Assembly (NCBI GenBank): GCA_002347125.1
Contig: DDXG01000263.1
Location: forward strand, 1 to 56,041
Source of the DNA: Phycisphaerales bacterium UBA2266
GTDB lineage: Bacteria > Planctomycetota > Phycisphaerae > Sedimentisphaerales > Anaerobacaceae
Length of the DNA: 56,041 bases
Reading direction: 5' to 3'
The notes under the pieces are model-generated. The model was not told the origin of the DNA. It was given only the letters and a program-made list of their open reading frames with translations, and did not search any database. Shown here one piece after another: positions 41,604-50,331 of the stretch (the stretch's first letter is position 1; every line of letters begins with the position of its first letter). A program made the translations under genes and the position numbers.

Positions 41604-43042
41604 GCTATATTCCCCGACTCGAATACGTCTTCTGCGTTCCGCGGGTCTACCAACTCGACTGGCACGTGCCGCTGTACCGCTACATGAACACCATTGGCTT
41701 GCGCCCGCGGATACTGATCGGCGACCTGGATGTCCCGGGGTATCTCAACGGTCACGGGATCGCCTACGAGAGCCTCCGCGAACTGCCCGAGTGCTATGAT
41801 GTCTTCATACCACTGACGACAGGTTTCATGCCCTTTACCCGGTACTGGCTGGAGAAGAGCCTTGCCCGCGGCAAGTTCAACTGCTGGGTTCTGTTGACGG
41901 CGCTGCCGTTTCGCTGTGAGGGGGAGTTCATCTGCCCGACACAGACGCGTTTCCTGCATGCGATGTGCGTGACGGATCAATTGACTATCGACATCGCCCG
42001 CACGATCAACAGCGAAGTCCTCATGCTCAATACGGGCCATCCCCTCTGGGACGACTTCGGCAGACCGTCATTCCACACCGGCGTACAGGAGATACGCAGC
42101 CGCTACGGCCCACGGCTGCTGGTGGTTTCGATTGACCATGACATAGCGAACGACTACCTGTATGCCGAACAGGTCACCCAGGTTGCCCAGGGTCTGGGTT
42201 TTCGCGTCGTGGTGCAGGCCCACCCGGGGATTGTGGACCGCGTGCCCGCATCCCTTCGGGGGCTGCTCAATCCGGGGTTCGATCGATACGCACTGTTTCG
42301 GGCGGCCTCACACGCGATCTGCTTCGTCCTCAGCACGATGAGTTCCGAATGCCTCTATTTGGGCACAAGACTGGCATGCAAGCCCCTCGGGATAGGCCCT
42401 GGTTGTACAAACCCAGGGGACTACTGCTGGTTCAGTGACATCGACCAGTGGTACGAATATCATCGCCCGCTTTTTGACCGGCGATTTCTCGATGCAGTTG
42501 CGATGGTGTATGACGAGGCCACGCTGGTCGAATTTCTGCGCAGCGACGGCCCTGCCATGGCGCATGACCATGTGGCCGGCCTGTTCGGCTGGCCTTGTGT
42601 GCCGTGCTACAGCGAGAATGTCCTGCGTGTGATCGAGCAGGCGTACAGCCGCCCGGAGACGGTGGATCATACGGTCCGCAAGACGCGGGCCGAGACGGGC
42701 ATGACCGTGGATTTCTCCTGGAAGCTGGAGGGCCCCCTCTCACAGTTCGGTGGCTTGAGGGATGCGCCGGCTCTGACGCGGGCCGCCGCCGAACTGCTCA
42801 AACAAGGCCGTATCGACGCTGCACAGAACTGCCTGCGGAGGGCCGAGCGGTTCAGCGGAACCGAACACTTCGACTTCGTCCAGTACGCCCAGGCCCTGTG
42901 CCAGGCCATGACGGGTAACTTGGCGGAGGCGCGAAAGAACATTTACCGCGCACTGTTCGTCAATCCGAGTTGTCCGAGCTACATCGAACTGAGAGACAGA
43001 ATCAATGCCCACCTCGCCTGCTCGTCGGTGGCCGGTTCGTGA
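41600..43042 (+). CDS. Hypothetical protein (480 aa) with C-terminal TPR-like helices; family not recognised
   Basis: I moved the start to ATG 41600 (ATGA overlap). GC3-rich codon usage is consistent with its neighbours. The C-terminus (AAELLKQGRIDAAQNCLRRAERF...ALCQAMTGNLAEARKNIYRALFVNP) is TPR-like. Confidence 0.65.
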   Translation: MSYIPRLEYVFCVPRVYQLDWHVPLYRYMNTIGLRPRILIGDLDVPGYLNGHGIAYESLRELPECYDVFIPLTTGFMPFTRYWLEKSLARGKFNCWVLLTALPFRCEGEFICPTQTRFLHAMCVTDQLTIDIARTINSEVLMLNTGHPLWDDFGRPSFHTGVQEIRSRYGPRLLVVSIDHDIANDYLYAEQVTQVAQGLGFRVVVQAHPGIVDRVPASLRGLLNPGFDRYALFRAASHAICFVLSTMSSECLYLGTRLACKPLGIGPGCTNPGDYCWFSDIDQWYEYHRPLFDRRFLDAVAMVYDEATLVEFLRSDGPAMAHDHVAGLFGWPCVPCYSENVLRVIEQAYSRPETVDHTVRKTRAETGMTVDFSWKLEGPLSQFGGLRDAPALTRAAAELLKQGRIDAAQNCLRRAERFSGTEHFDFVQYAQALCQAMTGNLAEARKNIYRALFVNPSCPSYIELRDRINAHLACSSVAGS

Positions 43043-43050
43043 ACACAGGG

Positions 43051-44340
43051 ATGCTTGACGCCCATTCATCAGGTCGTACGGCCGTACTGAGCAACGGTGC
43101 TCACATACCGGTTCCGCCTGCCGAGCGGCCGCAGGCGAATACAGGATCTACAGCGACCGGCCCCAGGATTCGCCGGCGGGGTCTGCGTTGCACGATTGTC
43201 CTCTGTGGCGGCGAGGACGCAACCCGATTGGAGGCCGCCCTGCGGGCCTGGGCCCCCGTGGTGGTTGACTTCGAGCACGAGGTGCTGCTGGTCAATGACG
43301 GGCATCTAAGCCTGAATGTTACGGCGCTGGGTTCTATCATGGACAACCTCGCGGTCCTGACGCCACCCAGGGATGCAACGCCCGAACAGACGACGCGGCT
43401 GGCGGCCGAGAGGGCCGGCGGCAAGTACCTCGTGTTCGCGCCGGAGCGGGTCCTCCTGGATCGCCTGACGATTCGCAAGCTCGCCGGACGACTCGAGGTA
43501 ACGGGCCTGGCGGCGACGACCCGCGACGGGGCCGCCATTGTGAACCGAAACACGCTACTGGAATACACCGGTCTTTCTGAACTGTTGGAACGAAGCGCCG
43601 CAGATGGCGAATCGACGCGCCGTCGTCAGTATCACCATCACATGTTCGCCGAACTGGCGCATCATATCGACCTCAAGGGCAAGCGAGTGCTTGTTCTGGG
43701 GTGCTCCTACGGCATGGAGTGCGAGTTGATGCGTCTGGCCGGGGCCTCGCGGGTCGTCGGGGTGGATACCTACCCCTGGCTCGGCGTCTATTACGGCCAC
43801 CACGCCATCGAGTATGTCCGGACATCAGCCGAACAGTTGCCCTTTGGCGACGGTTCTTTTGACGTATGCTTCTCGATAGCCACATTCGAGCATATCCCCG
43901 ATCCATGGGCCGCGGCCGAGGAGGCCCTGCGAGTCACGGCCAGCGGCGGATTACTCTACATCCATGCCGCACCACTGTGGAACAGCCCACACGGCCATCA
44001 CAAGGACCATGTGCTGCCGGACCCCTGGATACACCTGGCCATGCCATCGGCCGAACGGATGAAGGCATTCTACCGAGACATCCTGGACCGGCCCGCCGAG
44101 GGGGCCACCGTGGCCGATGTGATCGACTGGCTGTACCACCACAACGACTGCAACCGCAGGCCGCTGGGCGACTACCACAGGATTCTGCGGCGGATGCTGG
44201 ACGATGGCGAGCCGATCCGTGTGGAGTTCACCATGAAACCGCGTGGGATGCTGACCTTGCCGATCCGCGGGCAATTGACCGACTACACCGACGATGAACT
44301 GCTTACGGAGTCCTTGCTGTGGATTCTCAGGCGAACGTAG
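43051..44340 (+). CDS. Class I SAM-dependent methyltransferase with a degenerate GT2-like N-terminal domain
   Basis: I moved the start to ATG 43051. N-terminus: CTIVLCGGEDATRLEAALRAW...LLVNDG...GKYLVFAPE. Methyltransferase region: KRVLVLGCSYGMECELMRLAGASRVVGVD...FDVCFSIATFEHIPDP...LRVTASGGLLYI. Confidence 0.75.
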   Translation: MLDAHSSGRTAVLSNGAHIPVPPAERPQANTGSTATGPRIRRRGLRCTIVLCGGEDATRLEAALRAWAPVVVDFEHEVLLVNDGHLSLNVTALGSIMDNLAVLTPPRDATPEQTTRLAAERAGGKYLVFAPERVLLDRLTIRKLAGRLEVTGLAATTRDGAAIVNRNTLLEYTGLSELLERSAADGESTRRRQYHHHMFAELAHHIDLKGKRVLVLGCSYGMECELMRLAGASRVVGVDTYPWLGVYYGHHAIEYVRTSAEQLPFGDGSFDVCFSIATFEHIPDPWAAAEEALRVTASGGLLYIHAAPLWNSPHGHHKDHVLPDPWIHLAMPSAERMKAFYRDILDRPAEGATVADVIDWLYHHNDCNRRPLGDYHRILRRMLDDGEPIRVEFTMKPRGMLTLPIRGQLTDYTDDELLTESLLWILRRT

Positions 44341-45311
44341 CTCACGGGATATCCGACATATCGAATCGAACCGAACCGGTGCATGTGCTCGTGACAGGAG
44401 GGGCCGGCTATATCGGCTCGATTCTCGTGCCGGCGCTGCTGGCGCGGCGCCACCGCGTCACGGTTATTGACAATATGCTCTACCACCAGGCGTCCCTGCT
44501 CGATTGCTGTGGTGATCCGGCCCTTGAGGTCGTTCGGGGTGACGCCAGGGACCGGGACCTGATCGCCCGGAGCCTCAAGACGGCGGACGTCATCATGCCG
44601 CTGGCCTGTCTGACGGGGGCGCCTCTGTGTGACCGCGACCCCATTGCCGCCAAGACCACGAATCTCGACGCAATCCGGATGCTGCTTGAGTTGCGGGGCC
44701 GCAGCCAGTGGATCATCTTCCCGACGACCAACAGCGGTTACGGTGTCGGTGTCGAGGGCGTCTATTGCACGGAAGAAACGCCGCTGAATCCGATCAGCCT
44801 CTACGGCCGCCTCAAGAGCGACGCTGAGACCGCCATACTCGATGCAGGCAACGCCGTTACGTTCCGACTGGCGACGGTCTTCGGGGCCAGCCCGCGAATG
44901 CGGCTCGACCTGCTCGTCAATGACTTCACGTATCGGGCGGTGACCGACCGGGCGATTGTGCTCTTTGAGGCCCATTTCAGGCGCAACTTCATCCACGTTC
45001 GGGACGTTGCCGCCGCCTTTGCCCACGCGCTGGATTGCTTCGAGGCGATGAAGGACCAGCCGTACAACGTGGGCCGGTCCGACGCCAACTGCTCCAAACT
45101 GGAACTGTGCGAGCACATCCGACAGGTGGTCCCGGACTTCTACTTCACCGAGGCCCGTATCGGCGAGGATCCCGACAAACGTGACTACATCGTCAGCAAC
45201 GAGAAGATCGAGGCAACGGGTTTTCGGGCGGCCCACTCCCTTGACGATGGCATTCGGGAACTGGTGAAGGCCTATAGAATCATCCGCAAGAGTACCTACG
45301 CAAACGTATGA
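44319..45311 (+). CDS. NAD-dependent sugar epimerase/dehydratase/reductase (extended SDR)
   Basis: VLVTGGAGYIGSILVPALLARRHRV and the catalytic YGRLK. The start is uncertain (GTG 44319, overlapping upstream by 22 nt, or GTG 44379). Confidence 0.8.
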   Translation: MDSQANVAHGISDISNRTEPVHVLVTGGAGYIGSILVPALLARRHRVTVIDNMLYHQASLLDCCGDPALEVVRGDARDRDLIARSLKTADVIMPLACLTGAPLCDRDPIAAKTTNLDAIRMLLELRGRSQWIIFPTTNSGYGVGVEGVYCTEETPLNPISLYGRLKSDAETAILDAGNAVTFRLATVFGASPRMRLDLLVNDFTYRAVTDRAIVLFEAHFRRNFIHVRDVAAAFAHALDCFEAMKDQPYNVGRSDANCSKLELCEHIRQVVPDFYFTEARIGEDPDKRDYIVSNEKIEATGFRAAHSLDDGIRELVKAYRIIRKSTYANV

Positions 45312-46117
45312 CGCCGCGAGAACGACTCCAGGAAAGGTCCGAATGGGTGCGTGCCGAAACGCTCCGGCTGCACGCCCGGGCCCCGGAGACTCGGATCGCT
45401 TCATCGCTGTCCGATGTTGAGATACTCGTGGCCCTCTGCTATGGGGGCTTTCTCGATTCCACGGCTGACAACCAGGATAACAGCGAGCGCGACCATCTGA
45501 TTGTCAGCAAGGCGCACGGGGCGGTCTCGCTATATCCCATACTGGCCGATCGAGGCTTCTTCAGTCTTGATGAGCTACAGCGCATCGGCCGGGAGGATGC
45601 ACTGCTGTGCCCGATGCCCGACTGCACCATCCCAGGTATCGAGGCGATCAACGGGTCGCTCGGCCACGGGGTGGGCGTTGCATGCGGCATGGCCTTGGGC
45701 AAGCGGGCCAAGGGTCTGAAATCCACGGTCTTCGTCGTCTGCGGCGATGGGGAACTGAACAGCGGGGCGGTCTGGGAGGCGGTGATGTTCGCGGCACGCC
45801 ATCGCCTGGCGAATGTCGTTCTGATCGTGGACAACAACCGAACCTCCATGCTGGGCCGCCAGAAAGACATCCTGGCGCTCGAACCGCTCGAAGACAAGTT
45901 CGCCGCGTTCGGCTGGGTCGTGCGGACATGCGACGGGCACGACCTCGACGCCCTGTGCGAAGCCATCGGCGGCCTGAAGTGCGAAACCCGTAACGCTCCC
46001 AAGGTCCTCATCGCGAACACTGTCAAGGGCAAAGGCGTGCCGTCGCTGGAAGATGACCCGCTCTGCCACGTTCGATCGCTGCGGCTCGAATACATCGAAG
46101 AGATACTGAGCCGATGA
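45308..46117 (+). CDS. Transketolase, N-terminal (ThDP-binding) subunit
   Basis: DHLIVSKAHGAVSLYPILA, GSLGHGVGVACGMAL, CGDGELNSGAVWEAVMFAARHRLANVVLIVDNN (GDG...NN). An ATGA overlap joins it to the upstream gene. Confidence 0.85.
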   Translation: MTPRERLQERSEWVRAETLRLHARAPETRIASSLSDVEILVALCYGGFLDSTADNQDNSERDHLIVSKAHGAVSLYPILADRGFFSLDELQRIGREDALLCPMPDCTIPGIEAINGSLGHGVGVACGMALGKRAKGLKSTVFVVCGDGELNSGAVWEAVMFAARHRLANVVLIVDNNRTSMLGRQKDILALEPLEDKFAAFGWVVRTCDGHDLDALCEAIGGLKCETRNAPKVLIANTVKGKGVPSLEDDPLCHVRSLRLEYIEEILSR

Positions 46118-47085
46118 AGGAACTGCCACTCCAGACCATGCGGGATGCCCTGATCGAGGGGCTTTGCCGGAGGATGCGCACCGACGGCCGCACGTTCTTT
46201 CTCAGCGCCGATCTGGGTGCCCCGGCCCTGGACCGTCTGCGGACGGACTTTCCTGACCGCTTCATCAACGTAGGCATTGCCGAGCAGAATCTTGTGAACG
46301 TAGCTACAGGGCTGGCGCTGGAGGGTTTTACCGTGTATGCCTATGCGATCGCATCGTTTCTGTCGATGCGGGCATTCGAGCAGATTCGTGTGAATCTCGC
46401 CCTGATGTCGCAGACACGGCCGCTCAACGTCAACCTGGTGGGGCTGGGCGGGGGCGTCAGCTATGATCTCTCCGGGCCGACCCACCATTGTCTTGAAGAC
46501 CTTTCGATTATTCGCACACTGCCCAACCTCATGCTCTTGTCGCCAAGCGACTCGATCATGGCGGGCCGTCTGGCGGATTTCTCGATCTGTATGCGGCGGC
46601 CCAAGTATATCCGCCTCGACGGTAAGCCCTTGCCCTGCATCTACGGTCAGAAGTCCGTCTTTGACTGGGCCAGGGGCTTCCACGAACACACCGTCGGCGA
46701 CGATCTCTGCATAGTGGCGACCGGCTACATGACGCACAAGGCCTTGGGGATCGCCCGGCAACTGGCCGGGCGGATCCGAGTCGGCATCATCGACCTGTTC
46801 ATGCTGAACCCCGTTGACGGCGCCGCCTTGGCCCAAGCCATGAGCCGATACACCTGCGTCGTCACATTGGAGGAGGGGTTCATCGGCCGAGGCGGTCTGG
46901 ACAGCCTTGTGGCGAGCTGTGTAAGGGAATACGGGCTCAACGTGGAGCTGAAGGCCCTGGGTTTCAAGGATGAATACCTGTTCGCTCCGGGTGCGCGGGA
47001 ATCGCTCTACCGCCGACACGGTCTTGGCCAGGAGCAGATTGTCGATCTGATAGCGAGCCTCGTTCCGGCCGCCCATTCCGCATGA
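46114..47085 (+). CDS. Transketolase, C-terminal (pyrimidine-binding) subunit
   Basis: FINVGIAEQNLVNVATGLALEGFTVYAYAIASFLSMRAFEQIR, GPTHHCLEDLSIIRTLPNLMLLSPSD. An ATGA overlap joins it to the upstream gene. Confidence 0.85.
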   Translation: MKELPLQTMRDALIEGLCRRMRTDGRTFFLSADLGAPALDRLRTDFPDRFINVGIAEQNLVNVATGLALEGFTVYAYAIASFLSMRAFEQIRVNLALMSQTRPLNVNLVGLGGGVSYDLSGPTHHCLEDLSIIRTLPNLMLLSPSDSIMAGRLADFSICMRRPKYIRLDGKPLPCIYGQKSVFDWARGFHEHTVGDDLCIVATGYMTHKALGIARQLAGRIRVGIIDLFMLNPVDGAALAQAMSRYTCVVTLEEGFIGRGGLDSLVASCVREYGLNVELKALGFKDEYLFAPGARESLYRRHGLGQEQIVDLIASLVPAAHSA

Positions 47086-48587
47086 GAAGCGACGGTATCG
47101 ACATCCTGTTCGTCCGCCCAACGGATCGCGACGCCATCTACGGCACGCTCAGCACCGCTGTCTCAGCGGTGGAGCCGCCGCTGTGGACCGCCTGGTTGGC
47201 GGCCGTGGCGCGGCGAGAGGGATTCAATGTCCGGATCATAGACGCCGAGGTGGAGCCTGTCTCGCCTGAATCCGTCGCCGCAAGTGCCCGCGGCTTGGGT
47301 GCGGCGCTGGTGGTCTTCACGGTTGTCGGATCGAACCTCTCGGCCTCGACATGGCACATGGAAGGCGCCCGACGGTACCTGGCGGCGTTTGCCGACGATG
47401 CGACACTGCCCCCAACGATGTTGTGGGGCCTGCACCCGTCGGCCCTGCCGCGGAGAACTCTTGAAGAGGAGACCGCCGATTTCCTTTGCGAGGGCGAAGG
47501 CTTCCATACGATCACAGCTCTGGCGGGTGTGCTCAAGGCGGGTAATCGGCCGGGGCACAAGGATATCCCGGGACTCTGGCATCGCCACGGCGGACGAATT
47601 GTGTGCAACCGACGGCAGCGGCCCGTTGAGCGGCTTGATGAACTGCCCGGCCCGGCCTGGGATCTGCTGCCCATGGACCGCTACCGGGCGCACAACTGGC
47701 ACTGTTTCGAAACGCCCGACCGACGGACGCCCTACGCAGTCGTCTGCACGAGCCTGGGCTGTCCGTTTGACTGCGACTTCTGCAACCTCAAGATGCTTCT
47801 TGGCGGTCCCGGCGTGCGCTTCAGGAGTCCACGCAAGGTCCTCGAAGACATTGACAGGCTTGTCTATGAGTACGGGGTCCGTCATATCAAGGTCCTGGAC
47901 GAGTGTTTCGTGCTGCGTGCGAGCCACGTTCATGCCATCTGCGACCTGCTCATCGAACGCGGCTATGACCTCAATATCTGGGCGTACGCGCGCGTCGATA
48001 CGGTAACCGAGCCGCTGCTCCATAAACTTCGGCAGGCTGGCTTTCGGTGGCTGGCGTTCGGGATTGAGTCGGCTACCGCGGAGGTCCGTAACGGCGTTTC
48101 AAAAGGCCAATACACACGCGACGACATCGTTCGAGCCGTCGAAATGACGAACCGGGCGGGTATTCACGTCTTGGCGAACTTCATGTTCGGGTTGCCGGAC
48201 GACGATCTCGACTCGATGCAGCGGACACTCGACCTGGCCATGCAGCTCAATGCCCAGTACACGAACTTCTACTCCACCAAGGCCTATCCCGGTTCGCGGC
48301 TCTACCAGCAGGCCCTCGCCGACGGCGTTCCGCTGCCGGATAGCTGGCGGGGATACCCCGAGTTCAGCGAGGACTGCCTGCCGCTGCCGACAAAGCATCT
48401 GACCGGCGAAGAGGTCCTGGCGTTTCGAGACCGCGCCTTCGTGGAGTTCCACAGCCGGCCCGAGTACCTCAACATGCTTGAATCCCGCTTCGGTCCGGCG
48501 GCCGCAACTCAGATGCGCAATGTCCTCACGCACAGACTCAAACGCCGCCACCGACCCCAGCCGCTTCGGATGATGCCATGCCGTTGA
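47082..48587 (+). CDS. Cobalamin-binding-domain (class B) radical SAM enzyme, 501 aa
   Basis: The N-terminal B12-binding-like region is IDILFVRP...LVVFTVVGSN. The cluster motif is CTSLGCPFDCDFCNL. An ATGA overlap joins it to the upstream gene. Confidence 0.8.
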   Translation: MRSDGIDILFVRPTDRDAIYGTLSTAVSAVEPPLWTAWLAAVARREGFNVRIIDAEVEPVSPESVAASARGLGAALVVFTVVGSNLSASTWHMEGARRYLAAFADDATLPPTMLWGLHPSALPRRTLEEETADFLCEGEGFHTITALAGVLKAGNRPGHKDIPGLWHRHGGRIVCNRRQRPVERLDELPGPAWDLLPMDRYRAHNWHCFETPDRRTPYAVVCTSLGCPFDCDFCNLKMLLGGPGVRFRSPRKVLEDIDRLVYEYGVRHIKVLDECFVLRASHVHAICDLLIERGYDLNIWAYARVDTVTEPLLHKLRQAGFRWLAFGIESATAEVRNGVSKGQYTRDDIVRAVEMTNRAGIHVLANFMFGLPDDDLDSMQRTLDLAMQLNAQYTNFYSTKAYPGSRLYQQALADGVPLPDSWRGYPEFSEDCLPLPTKHLTGEEVLAFRDRAFVEFHSRPEYLNMLESRFGPAAATQMRNVLTHRLKRRHRPQPLRMMPCR

Positions 48588-49789
48588 CAGCCCGAACACA
48601 GAAGAAACCCGCCACGGTCCCATATCTTGACTGGCCTCTGATGCGCAAAAACATCGCGCCGCAGGATTTGGACGTCTTGGTTGAGTTTCTGCGGACCAAC
48701 CCGCGATTGACTCAGTCCGACAACGTCCGGAGGTTCGAGGCCGAGTGGTCGCGGTGGCTCGGTGTCAAGTACAGCGTCTTCGTCAACTCCGGCGCCTCGG
48801 CGAACCTCATCACCATGGCCGCGCTCAGACACCTCCACGGTCCCGGCGAAGTCATCGTGCCGACGCTGACCTGGGTATCGGACATTGCCTCGGTTCTGCA
48901 CGCGGGTCTGACGCCGATCTTTGTGGACATCGACCCGGCGACGCTGTGTATGGATGGCGTCCAGGTCCTGACGAAACTCACCAGCCGCACCCGTGGGGTC
49001 TTTCTCACACACGTCCAGGGCTTCAACGGACTGACGGAGCCTCTTCTGTCGGAATTGCGGGATCGAAGCATACCCTTGATCGAGGACGTGTGCGAGGCGC
49101 ACGGCGCCACGTTCGACGGCCGCAAGCTCGGCAGTCTCGGCTGGGCGTCGAATTTCTCGTTCTACTTCGCCCACCACATGAGCACGATCGAGGGTGGTAT
49201 GATCTGTACAAACGATCCGGAGCTGCACGATATTCTCCGCATGATGCGGTCGCACGGCATGGTACGCGAAGCCGCCGACCCGGCACGGCGGGGCCGCTAC
49301 GCGGCGGACCACCCGGACCTCAATCCGGATTTCATCTTCGCCTTTGGTGCGTTCAATGTCCGTAACACGGAAATCGGGGCCGTCCTCGGCCTGAGCCAAC
49401 TGGCCCGCCTCGACGCCAACAACGTACAACGGCGTCATAACTTCGGGGTATTCCTCGACCATCTCGATCCGACGAAGTACCGCACGGATTTCCATATCGA
49501 GGGAAGCTGCAACTACGCCTTCAACCTCATCCTCAGAGAACCTGACAGAGACCTCCGGGACCGCGTCGAACAGACGCTGCGGCAGGCCGGTGTCGAGTTC
49601 CGGCGGGGCAGCGCCGGCGGCGGAAATCAGCTTCGCCAGCCCTACCTTCGCGGTGTTGTCCCGGATGGCGCCTGGCGTCAATACCCCCACGTTGAGCACG
49701 TCCACTTCTTCGGCTGGTACATCGGCAACTACCCCGGCCTGGAAAAGGCCCGGATTCTGCAACTATGCAGTCTCCTTAATACCCTTTGA
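48578..49789 (+). CDS. DegT-fold PLP/PMP sugar 3-dehydratase (ColD / E1-AscC type), not an aminotransferase
   Basis: The protein has a DegT-like fold, but the Schiff-base Lys position reads His: NFSFYFAHHMSTIEGGMICT. Compare SFSLSPTKLITAGEGG in the 27620 gene. Confidence 0.75.
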   Translation: MPLTARTQKKPATVPYLDWPLMRKNIAPQDLDVLVEFLRTNPRLTQSDNVRRFEAEWSRWLGVKYSVFVNSGASANLITMAALRHLHGPGEVIVPTLTWVSDIASVLHAGLTPIFVDIDPATLCMDGVQVLTKLTSRTRGVFLTHVQGFNGLTEPLLSELRDRSIPLIEDVCEAHGATFDGRKLGSLGWASNFSFYFAHHMSTIEGGMICTNDPELHDILRMMRSHGMVREAADPARRGRYAADHPDLNPDFIFAFGAFNVRNTEIGAVLGLSQLARLDANNVQRRHNFGVFLDHLDPTKYRTDFHIEGSCNYAFNLILREPDRDLRDRVEQTLRQAGVEFRRGSAGGGNQLRQPYLRGVVPDGAWRQYPHVEHVHFFGWYIGNYPGLEKARILQLCSLLNTL

Positions 49790-49794
49790 ACCTC

Positions 49795-50331
49795 ATGTCA
49801 GTGATTCATGTGGAGCCGACCCAACTGGAGGGTGTCGCGGACATCCGGATCGACGCTTTCGCCGATCACCGCGGCCGCTTCATCGAAACGTACAACCGCG
49901 GTCTCTATGCCCGCCACGGTATCGACATCGATTTCGTGCAGGACGACCTGTCCATCTCCGGTCGCGATGTGCTGCGGGGGTTCCACGGCGACAATTGCAC
50001 GCGGAAACTCGTCTCCTGCATCCACGGACGCATCTTCTTCGTCGTCCTCAACTGTGACCGCACATCCGACCAGTGCGGACAGTGGCAATCGTTTACGCTC
50101 GACGGCGACGAGCCCAGGCAGATTCTCATCCCCCCGCGTTTTGCCAATGCGTACCTGGCCCTCAGCGACAAGATCGTCTTCACATACAAGCAATCGGCCT
50201 ATTACGACCGGTCCCGCCAGTTCTCTGTCCGGTGGAACGACCCGCGACTGGCAATTGACTGGCCCATCCAGCATCCTATTCTGTCCGAACGTGATCGAAC
50301 GTCGCCTTTCTTCGCGGAGTTGGCCGGATGA
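49795..50331 (+). CDS. RmlC-fold NDP-4-keto-6-deoxy-sugar 3,5-epimerase
   Basis: DHRGRFIETYN, VLRGFHGD, and a cupin-type C-terminus. The start could be ATG 49795 or TTG 49786 (TTGA overlap). Confidence 0.85.
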   Translation: MSVIHVEPTQLEGVADIRIDAFADHRGRFIETYNRGLYARHGIDIDFVQDDLSISGRDVLRGFHGDNCTRKLVSCIHGRIFFVVLNCDRTSDQCGQWQSFTLDGDEPRQILIPPRFANAYLALSDKIVFTYKQSAYYDRSRQFSVRWNDPRLAIDWPIQHPILSERDRTSPFFAELAG

